Assembly (NCBI RefSeq): GCF_000142905.1
Contig: NW_013657670.1
Location: 335,498-399,497 of the forward strand
DNA length: 64,000 nucleotides
Origin: Thecamonas trahens ATCC 50062
Taxonomy: Eukaryota > Protista > Apusomonadida
Reading direction: 5' to 3'
Under the pieces are notes generated by a model. It was not told the DNA's origin, did no database searches, and saw only the letters and a list, made by a program, of their open reading frames with translations. Of this stretch, positions 1 to 11,113 are shown piece after piece; position 1 is the first letter of the stretch; each line of letters starts with the position of its first letter. The translations under genes and the position numbers were made by a program.

Positions 1-1236
1 CTTTTTGGCCGGCCTCGTCGTAGGCGGCGACTCGGGAACAAAGACCGACGGTGAAGCCGCAATCGTAAATGAGGCTGTCCGTGGAACAAACGGCGACGCG
101 AGTGTGTACGCGGCACGCGCAGAGTGCGGCGCCGACGGTGAGCTGCTGAGCCGCTGCTTCTTGCGTACCTTGCCCAACAGGCCCGGCAGTGGCGTCTCTT
201 CGCGCGGCGTCTCAAACTGAGCGAACGTCCTCAGCAGATTGGGCGTTGGCGTTGGCATTGCCGGTGCTCGCGACGGCGCTCGTCGTGGACGGTGCGACGG
301 CGAGTCGCTTGATGGACTGCTGGGGCCCGCCGCGTCCGCGGCCTTGATCAGCGCCGCGGTGAACGGGGTGAGGGCGAGTGGCGTGGCGAGCGACATGCCA
401 CTTGCGCTCAGCGCTGCGGTTGCAGTCGGCGTCGTCGGCAAGCATAACGCCCCGCTCTGGGTCATCGACATGCCCAGTGAGGCTGAGAGTCGCGAAACAG
501 AGGCCTGCAGTGTGTTGGAGAGCTGTGGCGAGTATGCGGCGGCATACGGTGACGTCGGCTTGCGCGGCGAGGTGATGCGCGCCACGCTCGGCGGCGACGC
601 CTGCAGAGCATCGGCACAGGCCTGTAGGAGCGCCACAATCGCCATCGAGTACGCACCGGTGAGAGGCGGGCCCATCCGGACAACCGTGTCCTCGGTTGTG
701 GACAGTCCGAGGCTATCAAAGGTGGCCATACCGTCGGGAACCCGCGCCGCAGCACGGGCGACGGCGGCAAAGCGGCCGCCGGGCAGGGCGATGACTTTGC
801 CGCTTCCACCAGCAGTGGTCCTCGTGGCGCCTGTCTGAGCAGCGGAGGCTCCCGTCCGTGGGGCGGGAATCACAAACTGGAAGAGCTTGCCCACAAAGAA
901 GGTCTCGACGGCGGTGCGGACAAGGTCCGGGGCGTAGCCTGCGGCAGCGCGGGCAAAGGTCTCTGCCGAGGCGCCAAAGCAGGCGTTGAGCGAGTCGCCA
1001 AAGACCACCAGCGTCCTCGGCTGGGGTGAGGCTCCGTCGGTGACGGCAAAGGCCAGGCGGTAGCGATACCACACAGGACACCCGCGCCTTCTACAGCGGC
1101 GGCAGTCTGCCCGTGGAGTGCCTCCAGACCCTCCCGTCGTCGTCACCACCGTCTTCCGTCGGCACGCCGTACACGCCGGGTACATCGGACCACCCGCGTA
1201 CATCACCTTGAGCACCGTCCCTGTCACACGCGGCAT
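1..1236 (-). CDS. DDIAS: DDIAS/noxin-like protein (N-terminal RPA70C-type Zn-binding OB fold plus Ser/Pro-rich tail); 3' end runs off the window
   Basis: Not in the ORF track. Manual translation from ATG 1236 is open to base 1: MPRVTGTVLKVMYAGGPMYPACTACRRK...DCRRC...WYRYRLAFAVTD...LVVFGDSLNACFGASA...AVETFFVGKLFQFVI. This matches the DDIAS pattern YPxCxxC...CxxC...YRYxL...VFGxxLxxxFG...AVETxFVG. Confidence 0.7.
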   Translation of the reverse strand, partial: MPRVTGTVLKVMYAGGPMYPACTACRRKTVVTTTGGSGGTPRADCRRCRRRGCPVWYRYRLAFAVTDGASPQPRTLVVFGDSLNACFGASAETFARAAAGYAPDLVRTAVETFFVGKLFQFVIPAPRTGASAAQTGATRTTAGGSGKVIALPGGRFAAVARAAARVPDGMATFDSLGLSTTEDTVVRMGPPLTGAYSMAIVALLQACADALQASPPSVARITSPRKPTSPYAAAYSPQLSNTLQASVSRLSASLGMSMTQSGALCLPTTPTATAALSASGMSLATPLALTPFTAALIKAADAAGPSSPSSDSPSHRPRRAPSRAPAMPTPTPNLLRTFAQFETPREETPLPGLLGKVRKKQRLSSSPSAPHSARAAYTLASPFVPRTASFTIAASPSVFVPESPPTTRPAKK

Positions 1237-1886
1237 GGTGCAGAGAAGAGAGAGAGAAAGGTTTTCGATGTATGGGTTGTGTGGGGGATGAGTGTGGAGG
1301 TCACCACCACGTCTCCCGCCAATGAGGGGGTATGGGGGGGGGGCGCCTTGTCCGTAAAAAGGTCGTGGTTTGCGTCGGTCGCCCGCCCACCCGCCAACCG
1401 CCGGCCGACTGGTCACCTGCCACCGCTGCAGCAGACGGGCAGCACGGGATGATGACATCATGACGCGACAAGCAGCAGGAAAGGGATTGTGCGTGTGCGC
1501 GTGTGTGTGAAAGGGGGGGCGGGCACCCACCTCACTCCCTCCCTCTCGTNNNNNNNNNNNNNNNNNNNNNNNNNNNNNNNNNNNNNNNNNNNNNNNNNNN
1601 NNNNNNNNNNNNNNNNNNNNNNNNNNNNNNNNNNNNNNNNNNNNNNNNNNNNNNNNNNNNNNNNNNNNNNNNNNNNNNNNNNNNNNNNNNNNNNNNNNNN
1701 NNNNNNNNNNNNNNNNNNNNNNNNNNNNNNNNNNNNNNNNNNNNNNNNNNNNNNNNNNNNNNNNNNNNNNNNNNNNNNNNNNNNNNNNNNNNNNNNNNNN
1801 NNNNNNNNNNNNNNNNNNNNTATTGAGTCCCTCCCCTCTCTCCCCCTCCCCCCCCCCCCCCCTACTCACACTCCGGCCGCCGCGTC

Positions 1887-3187
1887 ATGTCGTGGGTCAT
1901 CTTCACCATTGCCTCTTCGCTGGTGGTGTACGTGGTGGAGTTTGTCCTCGACCGCCGACAGTCACAAGCACTGCAGGAGAAGACGGTTCCACGGGCTCTT
2001 GCCCATCGCCTGACGCCTGAGGCTACTCGCGCCTACAGGCTCACTCGATGTCGCAGGTCTCGTTCAATAGAGTCGAGGCCACCGTCGGCTTTGCCCTCGA
2101 GGTCGCTGTCATCGCCTCGGGCGCTTTGGTCTACCTCTGGGACCTCGCACTCGCCGTCCATCTGGCCGGCCTCTTGGCTTTCGGCGCAGATGCCGCAGCT
2201 GTCGACGGTGCTCGCCACTCCAAGACCCGGGGAGTCATCTTTATTTTGATCGTCTCACTCGTCTCGGCCGTCGTCAAGCTCCCGTTCCAGGTCTTCTCCG
2301 TGATCGGGAGCAGGCAGGCCGATGGCGCTCGGAGTGGGCTGCGAGCCCTGTGTGCGTGGGCTGTTGCGCAAGGCATGGTTTTTGTTCTCTCTGTCGGCGC
2401 AGGCGTACCCATCATCTACACCCTTCTATGGATTCTCGAGTACCACGGATCAGGCTACTGGCTGCTCAATTGGTTCTTCCTCGCCCTACTCTCGGTCACC
2501 ATCTCGGACCTCTACTCGACGGTCGTGGCTCCGTTTTTCGACACCTACGAGTCGCTTCCACCAGGCTCGCTCCGCACCGAGCTCGAGCTCCTCACCGAGC
2601 GGTCGCACTGCCCAGTCTCGGAAATCTACATCCGCAAGTCGAAGGACGAGGTCGGCGGCACCCATTCGAACGCGTTTTTCATGGGCGTCGGCACCTCGCG
2701 CTCGATCGTGCTCTACGACACGCTCCTCAAGCGCATGTCCGAGCAGGACGTTCTGGCCATTATTGCCCACGAGATTGCCCATGTCAAGGCCAACCACTTT
2801 TGGAAGCAGGTTGTGCTCGAGTTTGCCACCATCGGCGTGTTCTTTGGCTCCTTTGCCGCCCTGGTCGAGAACACCGGCTACTACCAGGCCTTTGGCTTTT
2901 CGACCACCAACCCGGCCATCGGCCTCGTCCTCTTCTCGTACATGTACACCCCGATTGCTTCAATGCTGCAGACGCTGCAGCACGTGGCGACGCGGTCGTT
3001 TGAGTTTGCTGCCGATCGCTACGCCGCCAAGCTCGGCTACGACCTCGAGCTGCCGCTCATCAAGCTTCATCTCGTCAACATGGTCAACATCCATGCCGAC
3101 AAGCTTTTCTCACTCTACCACTACTCACATCCTTCGCTCTGTGAGCGCCTCGACGCGCTGGCTACGATCAAAGCCAAGATGAGCTGA
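1887..3187 (+). CDS. STE24: CAAX prenyl protease 1 (peptidase M48A), frameshifted near 2023
   Basis: Multi-TM protein with HSNAFF, IVLYDTLL, HEIAH (HExxH), RSFEFAADRYA and YSHPSLCERL. The N-terminal TM (1887 frame) joins the 2048 frame if one base is added at gaggc^tac. Confidence 0.88.
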
Positions 3188-3205
3188 GTTGTTCATTTTG
3201 GCGCG

Positions 3206-6200
3206 TCAGAGAATCTCGCTGGACGCCGAGTGCGCGAGGACCACTACCTCGGTGTCCTGCGGCGTCGACGCGCTGCCGTCGCGAACGACGGTGGCCACGT
3301 CTGCATTGCAGAAGAAGCACCGGTGAACGTTGAGGAGCTGCCGCGTCATGCATCCGTAGCACGCCCGGTGCTTGCACGGTTCAAACGTGGCGTTGATGAG
3401 CGAGGCGTAGCAGATGGTGCACACGTCGCCTGACGGCGACCGCGAGACAGACGCTCCGGCCAGGAGCTGGCTCCGCGACCCAGCCGCCGCCGTCACCCGT
3501 GAGGTAAGATCGGCCAGTGCATCGACATCCGGCGCAGCTGCAAGCGCGTCGGTCACAAACTCGAGCGAGCCGACCTCAAACGAGGCCGAGAGCAAAAGTG
3601 CGTCCACAACGCCGCGCGTGTTGCCAGCCGCCACCATCGGGCGGTCGAGCGCAACGAGGATGCCCGCCACCGCCTTGAGCATGTCCGTCTGCGGCATGAT
3701 CGGCTCGGCGCCCGGCCGTTCAAGTTGCATCTGCACGTCGGCGAACAGCCGCGCGTCTGGCCCAGTTGTGTACTGGGCGAGAACCACGGCCACGACTTCG
3801 ATCATCCGCATCATGTTGACTTCGGGCGGCGCGAGGCCCGCCGGCGGCGCGACTTCGCCGCATGCCTCCTCCGCAAACAGCTGCGGCAGGTACGATGCTG
3901 TAAACTCGAGGACTCGGAGCAAGTTGACTGCAAGTGCAAACATGACCCCGAGCTTGCGGGTCGACGAGTGCAGCTCGCCCGCCGCGCGCAGCGCCAGGTG
4001 TTGGTCTAGCGCGACAGAGAGCTCGGTGAGCGACCAGTTGAGCGAGTTAAACGCCGTGTTGACAAAGAGCGACAACAGGTCTGGTGCATTGAGGTATGAC
4101 GCCACAAATGCAGCCTGGAACAGCGGCGATGCCACGTTGGCCTGAGGATCTGGCAGCCGGTACCGCGGCGTGCTCCGCTTGCCGCGCTTGCGAAGCGCAC
4201 GCGAACCAAATCCGGTGCCCTTGAAGATGCGCAGAAGCATGGTGGTGATGGTCACCGTGACCCAGAACCGGTCATCGTACGCCGCGAGTAGCCGCGGCAC
4301 AAGATACGATGCTGTGAACAGGTCGCTCTCCAGCAACTCGACAAACTCCTCGTACTGCAGGAGGAGCGAGAGCGACTGCAGCAGCAGGTCGCGAAGGTCT
4401 GGGTTGTGAATCCGGCGGTCCGAAAAGTGCGCCACCGTCCACTGCAGAAACACCAGACACTGGTGACCAGTCTCGACCAGCGGATACGGCTCGATGGCAC
4501 GGCGGAGGAGGTGAAACGCATCGACTGCAGCATCAAGGTAGAGCGCCGGCAGGTAGGCGAGCTCCCACGACGGCGGCGGCCATCCCGAGCCGGGCTCATC
4601 GTCCTTGGCTGCCGCGGCGTTGTGCGCGACCGCTATCGCCGCCGGCGACGCTCGCTCGAGGAGCGAGGCCAGAAAGTGGTGAAACGCAAAGATGGCGACC
4701 GACTTGGCCTTGGTGTGGACGACCAGAGACGACCATGAGACCTTGCGTGCTGCAGCCTCAATGGCGTGGAAAAGTCTGCTCGGTGACGCGCCAAGTGACC
4801 GCGCCAGCCGCAGCGCGAGCTTGTCGTCCAGGTCTAGCAGCGCCTGCCGGAGCTCTTGGGTCTCGATAAGCGAGGCCTTGGCCTGCAGTGCCAACCCGTC
4901 GACGTAGAGCAGGACGAGGGCGTCGAGCAGGAGCGCAGACCGGATCCCCAACGAGGCTGCGACATCAGCGTCGCACTCGTCGTCAGGAGCAGGCACGGCT
5001 TTGCGGAGATGTGAGATCATGCCTGACACACGGTCGACGTCGGGCACAATCATGCCATGCGCGTCGTTTGCGTCGTCGCGCACAAAGTAGTGCAGCGGAA
5101 AGCTGGCTGCAGCAGCAGCCGCCGACTGCGGCCCGTCCGGAAACACAATGTCTGCCAGCGCAAAGAAGATGTTGATAAGCGCCGAGCGCATCGAGAGGCC
5201 CATCGGCTTGAGGTTGCGCGACACGCCGCGGTTGCGGTAGACGAGCTCGGCGAGCCAGGACGTTGTCGCCTCGGGCTCGACCTCGAGAAGAAGACTGAGC
5301 AGCGCATGCTGTGCACGCTCGATGGAGCCCAGTGCACCGCCGAGCTCGGCAACAGCCGATGCGTGCTTCTCGGCCGAGAAGACCGCAGAGGCGTCAAAGC
5401 CGGCATTGCTGAGGTGACTTCCCGCCCGCTCCCACCACACGTGCGGAAGAAGAACCGCGAGCTCTTCCTCGGATGGATGCTTGAGAGCAAAAAGAAACTC
5501 GAGAGAGTTCGAAAATGACTGTGTTTGCAGCCAGCTGCGCCGCCAGGCCGGCTGGGCCACCAGTGCGTTTGCCAGTCGGACAATCACCAGCGGTCCACTG
5601 GAGCACCGCGGCGAGATCGCAGTCGATGCCGCTAGATGGCCAAGTCGCTCCATGACCCGCCCGGCAATGGCAGTGAGCTCGTGGCTCTCACACACCCGCT
5701 CCATACAGGCTACCAGCGACGCAATCAGATTGCGCTCTGGCCGCGAGTTGAGGTAAAGAAGAAGCGGGAGAAAGTGAGAGCCGACTAGATAAGGTGAGGC
5801 CAGAAGCGGGACAAGTGACTGGAAGATCCGCGTCCCGACCACCATCTGTTCGATGGCGGCAAAAGTGGCGCTGTTGTCCGCGCTTGCGGCCGAGAGTGGC
5901 GATGCGAGGTTGCCCGACGCAAAGTAAGGGACGGCCCGCTTGAGTGCGCCGCACAGATACGCGCTCTGCGCTGTCGCAAGCGGCGGCGGAGGCTGCGAGA
6001 GCGGGGCGTAGCCTGGCACGGCAAACCGGAACGGCGAGGCGCCCAAGTTGACCCACACCCGCTCGTGGCGTGAGAGTGAGACAGACGGAAAGTAGGCCAT
6101 GCCCGGAGCGGCAAAAGCGACGTCAGTAAAGGCGACACCCAGGTCGAGGCCGTTGCGGTAGAACGAGATGGTGCCGTCGTCGAGGTCGATGGCGACGCCG

Positions 6201-7345
6201 ATGACATCTCCGGCCTTCCACCGCTCGCCGTACTCGTATGAGGCACAGTTCCACTTGCGGACCCGCGAGCCGTCGTAGGCGTACGAGTCTGGCGAGTCAC
6301 CGACGCCCTCTTCGGTGGTAAACTTGCAGCCCATGGTTGCCCACCCGATCTGCATCACGCCCTCGGTCTCGAGCACCACCTCGTACATCCACTTGGAGGC
6401 AAAGACCGCCGTGGTCCCGACCACAGATGCAAAGTTGATGGCCGACTCGATGCGGAAGCCACCCAGCACCTCCTCGAGCTTGCACGACGTGTCGCCTAGC
6501 GTAACCATCAGCCCGGCGATACTGCCGCCGAGCTTACCACGTGCCTCATCACGACGCGGGCAGATGCGGTCAACCAAGACGGCACCGTCACGAGCGAGCG
6601 TCTGAAGGTCGAGCCCTGGGACGTGCAGGCCACCGAGGGTATGAGCGTGGGATTCGGTAGCTGCGGCGGCGGCAGCCAGCGCGGCGGCGGCATCACTTTG
6701 CGATGCGTTCGGCTTTGAACTCGACGTGGATGACGATGACGGAGCCGACGCCCCCGGATCCGGCATGCCCATGCGTGCGTACTCGAACACGTCGTCCAAA
6801 TCGTCCTCGTCGGCCGAGTCTGCTGCCGCAAGGCGAGCGCCGAGGTGGGCGCTCAAGTTGGCGAGGCTGAGCCTGTCGGGCGCCGTCGCCAATGGGAGGC
6901 GAAAGGTGTATCTGAGAAAGCGGTCGAGCTGAAAGGCATGCTCGTCGGCTGGCAATACCAGGTAGATACGTGTAGAGTGAGTGTGGCATGATTATGGCAC
7001 AGCTAGCGCCCCATCTCACCTCGTGCCTGCGCAGGGGTTCGAGGGCGACCCGGTCGCCTCGCGCGCACAGGTCACCGGTCGCCCAACCTGGCCGCCACAC
7101 TCACTGGGGGCGGAGGGTGGCTGTAGAAGGCATGTGCTGAAGAAGATGGCTACAGAGCAGGTAGAGCAACACATGAACTATATTCCTTGTGTGTGTCTGC
7201 TCCACGATCGACCATGGGTGGTCCTGGGTGGCTCTCAATTACATGCCCATGGACAAGGGGGGAAGGGGGGGAGGGGGAGGGGGGCCGGGGCCAAAGCGGG
7301 GAGCTGAAACAGAACATGCCACTTACCTTCGGTCGCCGCCGCCAT
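3206..7345 (-). CDS. RNF123: E3 ubiquitin ligase RNF123/KPC1 (SPRY domain plus C-terminal RING)
   Basis: SPRY motifs (WMYEV, MQIGW, GVGDSPDSYAYDG, W.AGDVIG) and C-terminal CTICY...PCKHRACYGC...CFFC. Main exon about 3206-6948. Probable first exon ATG 7345 (atggcggcggcgaccgaag|gtaagt); upstream exon structure uncertain. Confidence 0.88.
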
Positions 7346-7532
7346 CCCGTGAGAAATTTGGTCGTTGGGAGACGAGTGCAGAATGAAATGAATGGTCACC
7401 ATTCATTAACACCATTCTCAATGGTGTTCTGTCACCGCTTGCCGGCACAGTGTGGTGTAGCATCCCAGTCGACGATGACATGATGCATGGACAGTGGAAG
7501 GAGTGTTGAGGAACGCTGGCTTGTTTGTGGTT

Positions 7533-10500
7533 TTAACGACGACGTCCGCCCTTGCCACCTCTGCGGCCGCCGCGACCGCGACCGCCCTTGCCGCCACGGC
7601 CACCCTTGCCGCCGCGGCCACCGCCGCCGCCGCCAGAGTTGTGGTTGCCACCGGAGCGACCACCACCACCACCACCGCCGCCGCGGTAGCCGCCACGACG
7701 CTTGCGGCGGCCACCGGAGCGGCCGCCGTTGCCAAAGCGGTCGAAGGAGATGTTGTGGTCGTCGAGGAGCTTCTCGTTGTTCTCGACCATAAGGGAGGCC
7801 TTCTCGGAAAGCTGGAGGGCGAGCATCTGGACGCGCGACATGTCGTCCTTGTGCATGACGATGGAGGCCGTGGGCTGGTCCCACGAGGCGTGAATCTCCT
7901 CGGAGATCATCATCTTGGAGACGAGGGCGTGGACGGCCTTCTCGGGCAGGCCGAACTTGGTGCAGAGGGTGGCGACCGAGAACGAGGCGTAGTAGCCACC
8001 GTTCTTGAAGAGGTAGGTGCGGAGGGCAGCCTCCTTGATCTTGGTCTCGACCATAGAGCGGACGTCCTGCGGGTTGGAGAGCAAGTTCCAGCACGACTGC
8101 GAGAGGACGTGGGAGAGGGTGGCGGTCCAGTCAAACTTGACGAGAGCACGGGCGCCTGCGATGATGTGGTCGCGCGGCGACTCGGGCGGGCCGGTAAAGG
8201 GACCGCGCTCGGTGAGCTTGCGGCGGAACTCCTTGTTGATGACGCGGCGGTGGGAGTCGGTGGTGGAGCGGGCCATGTTAGGGATTTCGAGGACCATGGC
8301 GCACACAAGGTGGACGCACTCGATGAGCTCGATGTTGATGTGGAGATGGAACGGCAGGATGCGGCGGCGCTGGACCTTCTCACGCTGCTGGTCGGCCTCG
8401 GTGCGGATGGCGGTCGAGCCCTGGGCAAGGAGCTCGCGGATGTGCTTGGACGACGAGATGATGATAAGGCAGCGGTGGGCCTCGGCGATGAGGCCGGCCC
8501 GGAAGGCGCAGAGCCCGAGCTGAACCATCATGCGGTTGAAGAAGACCTGGACCTCGGGCGATGAGCGGTGGATAATGTCCTGGAGGTGCGACATGAGGAG
8601 CAGGTCGCGGGCCTTGAAGTACTGGTCAAAGATGGCGTAGTGCGTGACGAGGTAGCACATACCAATCTGGCGCACAAACTCCGAGTTGGAGGCAAACATC
8701 TCGATGCAGAGCTCGTAGATGGTGGCCTTGGCGGCGTCGATGGCGTCGGCGGCGAACATGTCCGGCCGCTTGTAGTAGATGTGGTTGACCCGCCGGTAGG
8801 CGCAGTAGATGGCGTCGTCGGCGTTGCGGGCAACACGGGAATCGGTCTTGAGCTTGGCGTGCACCCGCTCGGCAAGCGCCTCAAAGTCGGCCGCATCGCG
8901 GAGGCGCTCCAGGTACCGCGACGAGTGCGGCGAGAGCGACTGGAGCGACTTGGTGAACTCGTCGTCGAGCCGCTCGACAATGGCGCGGAGCGAGCCGGCG
9001 ACACGGACACGCCCGGCCTCGGCATCCTCGGTCTCCTGCGCCGTCAGCTTGGGCTGCGGCTCCGGCGGGATCTCCTCGCCCTTGTCGTTCTTCTTCTTCT
9101 TGCGCGCCTCCATCTCGGAGGGCGTCCGCGGGCAGATGCCACGGTAGTCCGGGTCGACAACAATCTCGGGGTTGGCTTCGAGCAGTTCCATGATCTCGAC
9201 GCTCCGGGCGAGCATCGACTTCCACGCCTCGTTCGAGATGGCCGAGAACATGTTCGGCGCCACATCGAGCTGGAACGAGCAGAGCAGGGCAAGAACTTCG
9301 ATCCGGCGCTGCGGCGTGATCGCCAGCGGAAGCGCCTCCTCGAGCTTGGCCATCTGCGCCGGAATGTCGAGGTTCTTGCGCCCGCGCTTCCGCGAGCACT
9401 CGACCACCACATCGCGGACGTCGTACGCCGTGGGCTTGTCGTCCTCGGCCGCATCGCGCGCCTGGCTCTCGGCCTTGCGCGCATCGCGCTTGGCACGCCG
9501 CGCCGCACGCCGCTCCTCCTTGGCCTTCTCCTCGGCCGCCTTGGCAGCTGCAGTCTCCTCGTCGTCCGAGTCCGAGTCCGAGGCCATCCAGCGGTTGCGC
9601 CGCGCCGCGGCAGACACCGCCGGCCCGGCATCCTCCGAGTCCGAGTAGTACTCGTACTCGTCGTCGTCGTCGTCGCCACCAGCCTGCGCCGGGCCAGCGT
9701 GGTCCGACCCGTCAGCGGCGTCGGCGTCCGACGCCCCCTCGTCGACCTCGCCGGCGTCGCGCTTGGCCTGCCATGCCGAGAGCTCCTTCTGGTACTGCTT
9801 GGTCGCCTTGCGGACCTGCTGGCGGACCTTGGACAGAGCCTTGGCCTCCTTGCCATCCATGGCCTTGCGCTTCTTCTTGTCGCCAAACATCTCCTCGGCG
9901 GACTCGGCCACGCTCTCCAGCGCCCGGTAGAAGGCAGACGGCACGCCGTACTTCTTCATGTCGTTCTTGCTCTTCTTGTGAAGCTTCTGCAGCTCGGCAA
10001 ACAGCTCTCCCACAGCAATCCACTGGTTCGCTGCCACAGCCTTGCTGAGCTTGTTGGCCAGATCGCCAAACGCCTCGTACATCTTGGCCTTCTTCGACTT
10101 GACCTCGCGCTTCTCATCGTCCGACGACGACTCGCCAAACATGTCAAACTTGGAGACGTCTACCCTCACCCACTCTTTCCATGGTGAGTATCCATCGCTT
10201 TGCCATCTATCGCCTTCATCGCCTTTTCTCGCTTCTGGTCGCACTCTCACCCTTCCACCCTCTGCCTGCCTTGCTCCAGCTGTGCGACCACAGCTGCCGT
10301 CGCCAGCCTCACACAAAAAATGGGATGGGAGACGGCCGCACATCGTCCTCCCCCCGGCTGCAGCCGAGACTCCCCCCACGGGGTGGGAGTATGGCGACAG
10401 CATGCGACATACGAGTCTACAGATGTTGTAGCCATGTAATATAGGCAACACCCATGCTCATAACTTCCTTGCTGTCCCGGAAATTGAATCCAACCGTCTG

Positions 10501-10722
10501 TTGGTGGTATGGGTAGTTGCCAGCCGAGCCGGACTCTATGGCATCAACACATCATCAACAAGCGGGTCGAAGGGGGGGGGAGGGGGAGGCGGGAGAGGGA
10601 GGGGGGGGGGACCACAAAGGGGTAGAGCTCATCGTACAGTTCTCCTGCGGCCTCAGCTGCTCCTCATCGGAGTACTCTTCCGAGGAAGACGACGAACCGC
10701 CGCCAAAGAACCTGGACGACAT
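7533..10722 (-). CDS. EIF3C: Translation initiation factor eIF3 subunit c; join(10638..10722, 7533..10159)
   Basis: Exon 1 MSSRFFGGGSSSSSEE ends aact|gtacg and splices in phase to tag|acgtctcc (N-Y-V-S-K-F-D). Contains ARDLLLMSHLQ, PFHLHINIELIEC, GPPESPRDH, a PCI domain and an RGG tail. Confidence 0.95.
10385..10521 (-). ncRNA. Candidate intronic H/ACA snoRNA in the eIF3c intron
   Basis: Sense strand shows a hairpin (GGCAAC-U-ACCCAU / AUGGGU-GUUGCC), then an ANANNA H-box (AUAUUA), a second hairpin (GGC..ACAACAU / AUGCUGU..GCC), then AUA. About 135 nt. Confidence 0.35.
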
Positions 10723-11113
10723 GGTTCTCGAGTTGAATGTGGCAGAGGTCGAGCCATTGGTCCGCAGCGGACGAATGGGCCGAGTTGACCATCGGCTCGC
10801 CCGCGGCGAGCAAGAGCAGAGATAGCAATCAAACTGACTAGCATCGGGATCCATGGCCTGGACTCTGCTAGCTGCAACGTGCGAATCATCGGGTCAGCTC
10901 GAGTCGAAGGGTGTACGAGCAAGAAAACGGGTTGGATGTCTGTCAATTGATTGGGTTGCGTGTGGTGTGGTGTGGTGGTGTGGTCGGCATCCACGGATCG
11001 TGCTCCTCCACAAGAGCTCGAGCCTGTGGCATGAGTGCAGACAGCGGCAGTGGCAGCGAGTTACTGCAATTGTGGTTGAGGAGCTTGGCTCTGAGAATCC
11101 ACGATGGGTTTGT

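Noticed and set aside
7533-7740. RGG-rich eIF3c tail as a novelty
   Set aside because: Gly/Arg-rich C-termini are common in eIF3c orthologues.
7494-10187. Long antisense ORFs (e.g. 7494-8564, 8568-10187) and many similar shadow ORFs
   Set aside because: They mirror GC3-biased real genes on the opposite strand and show no domain signal.
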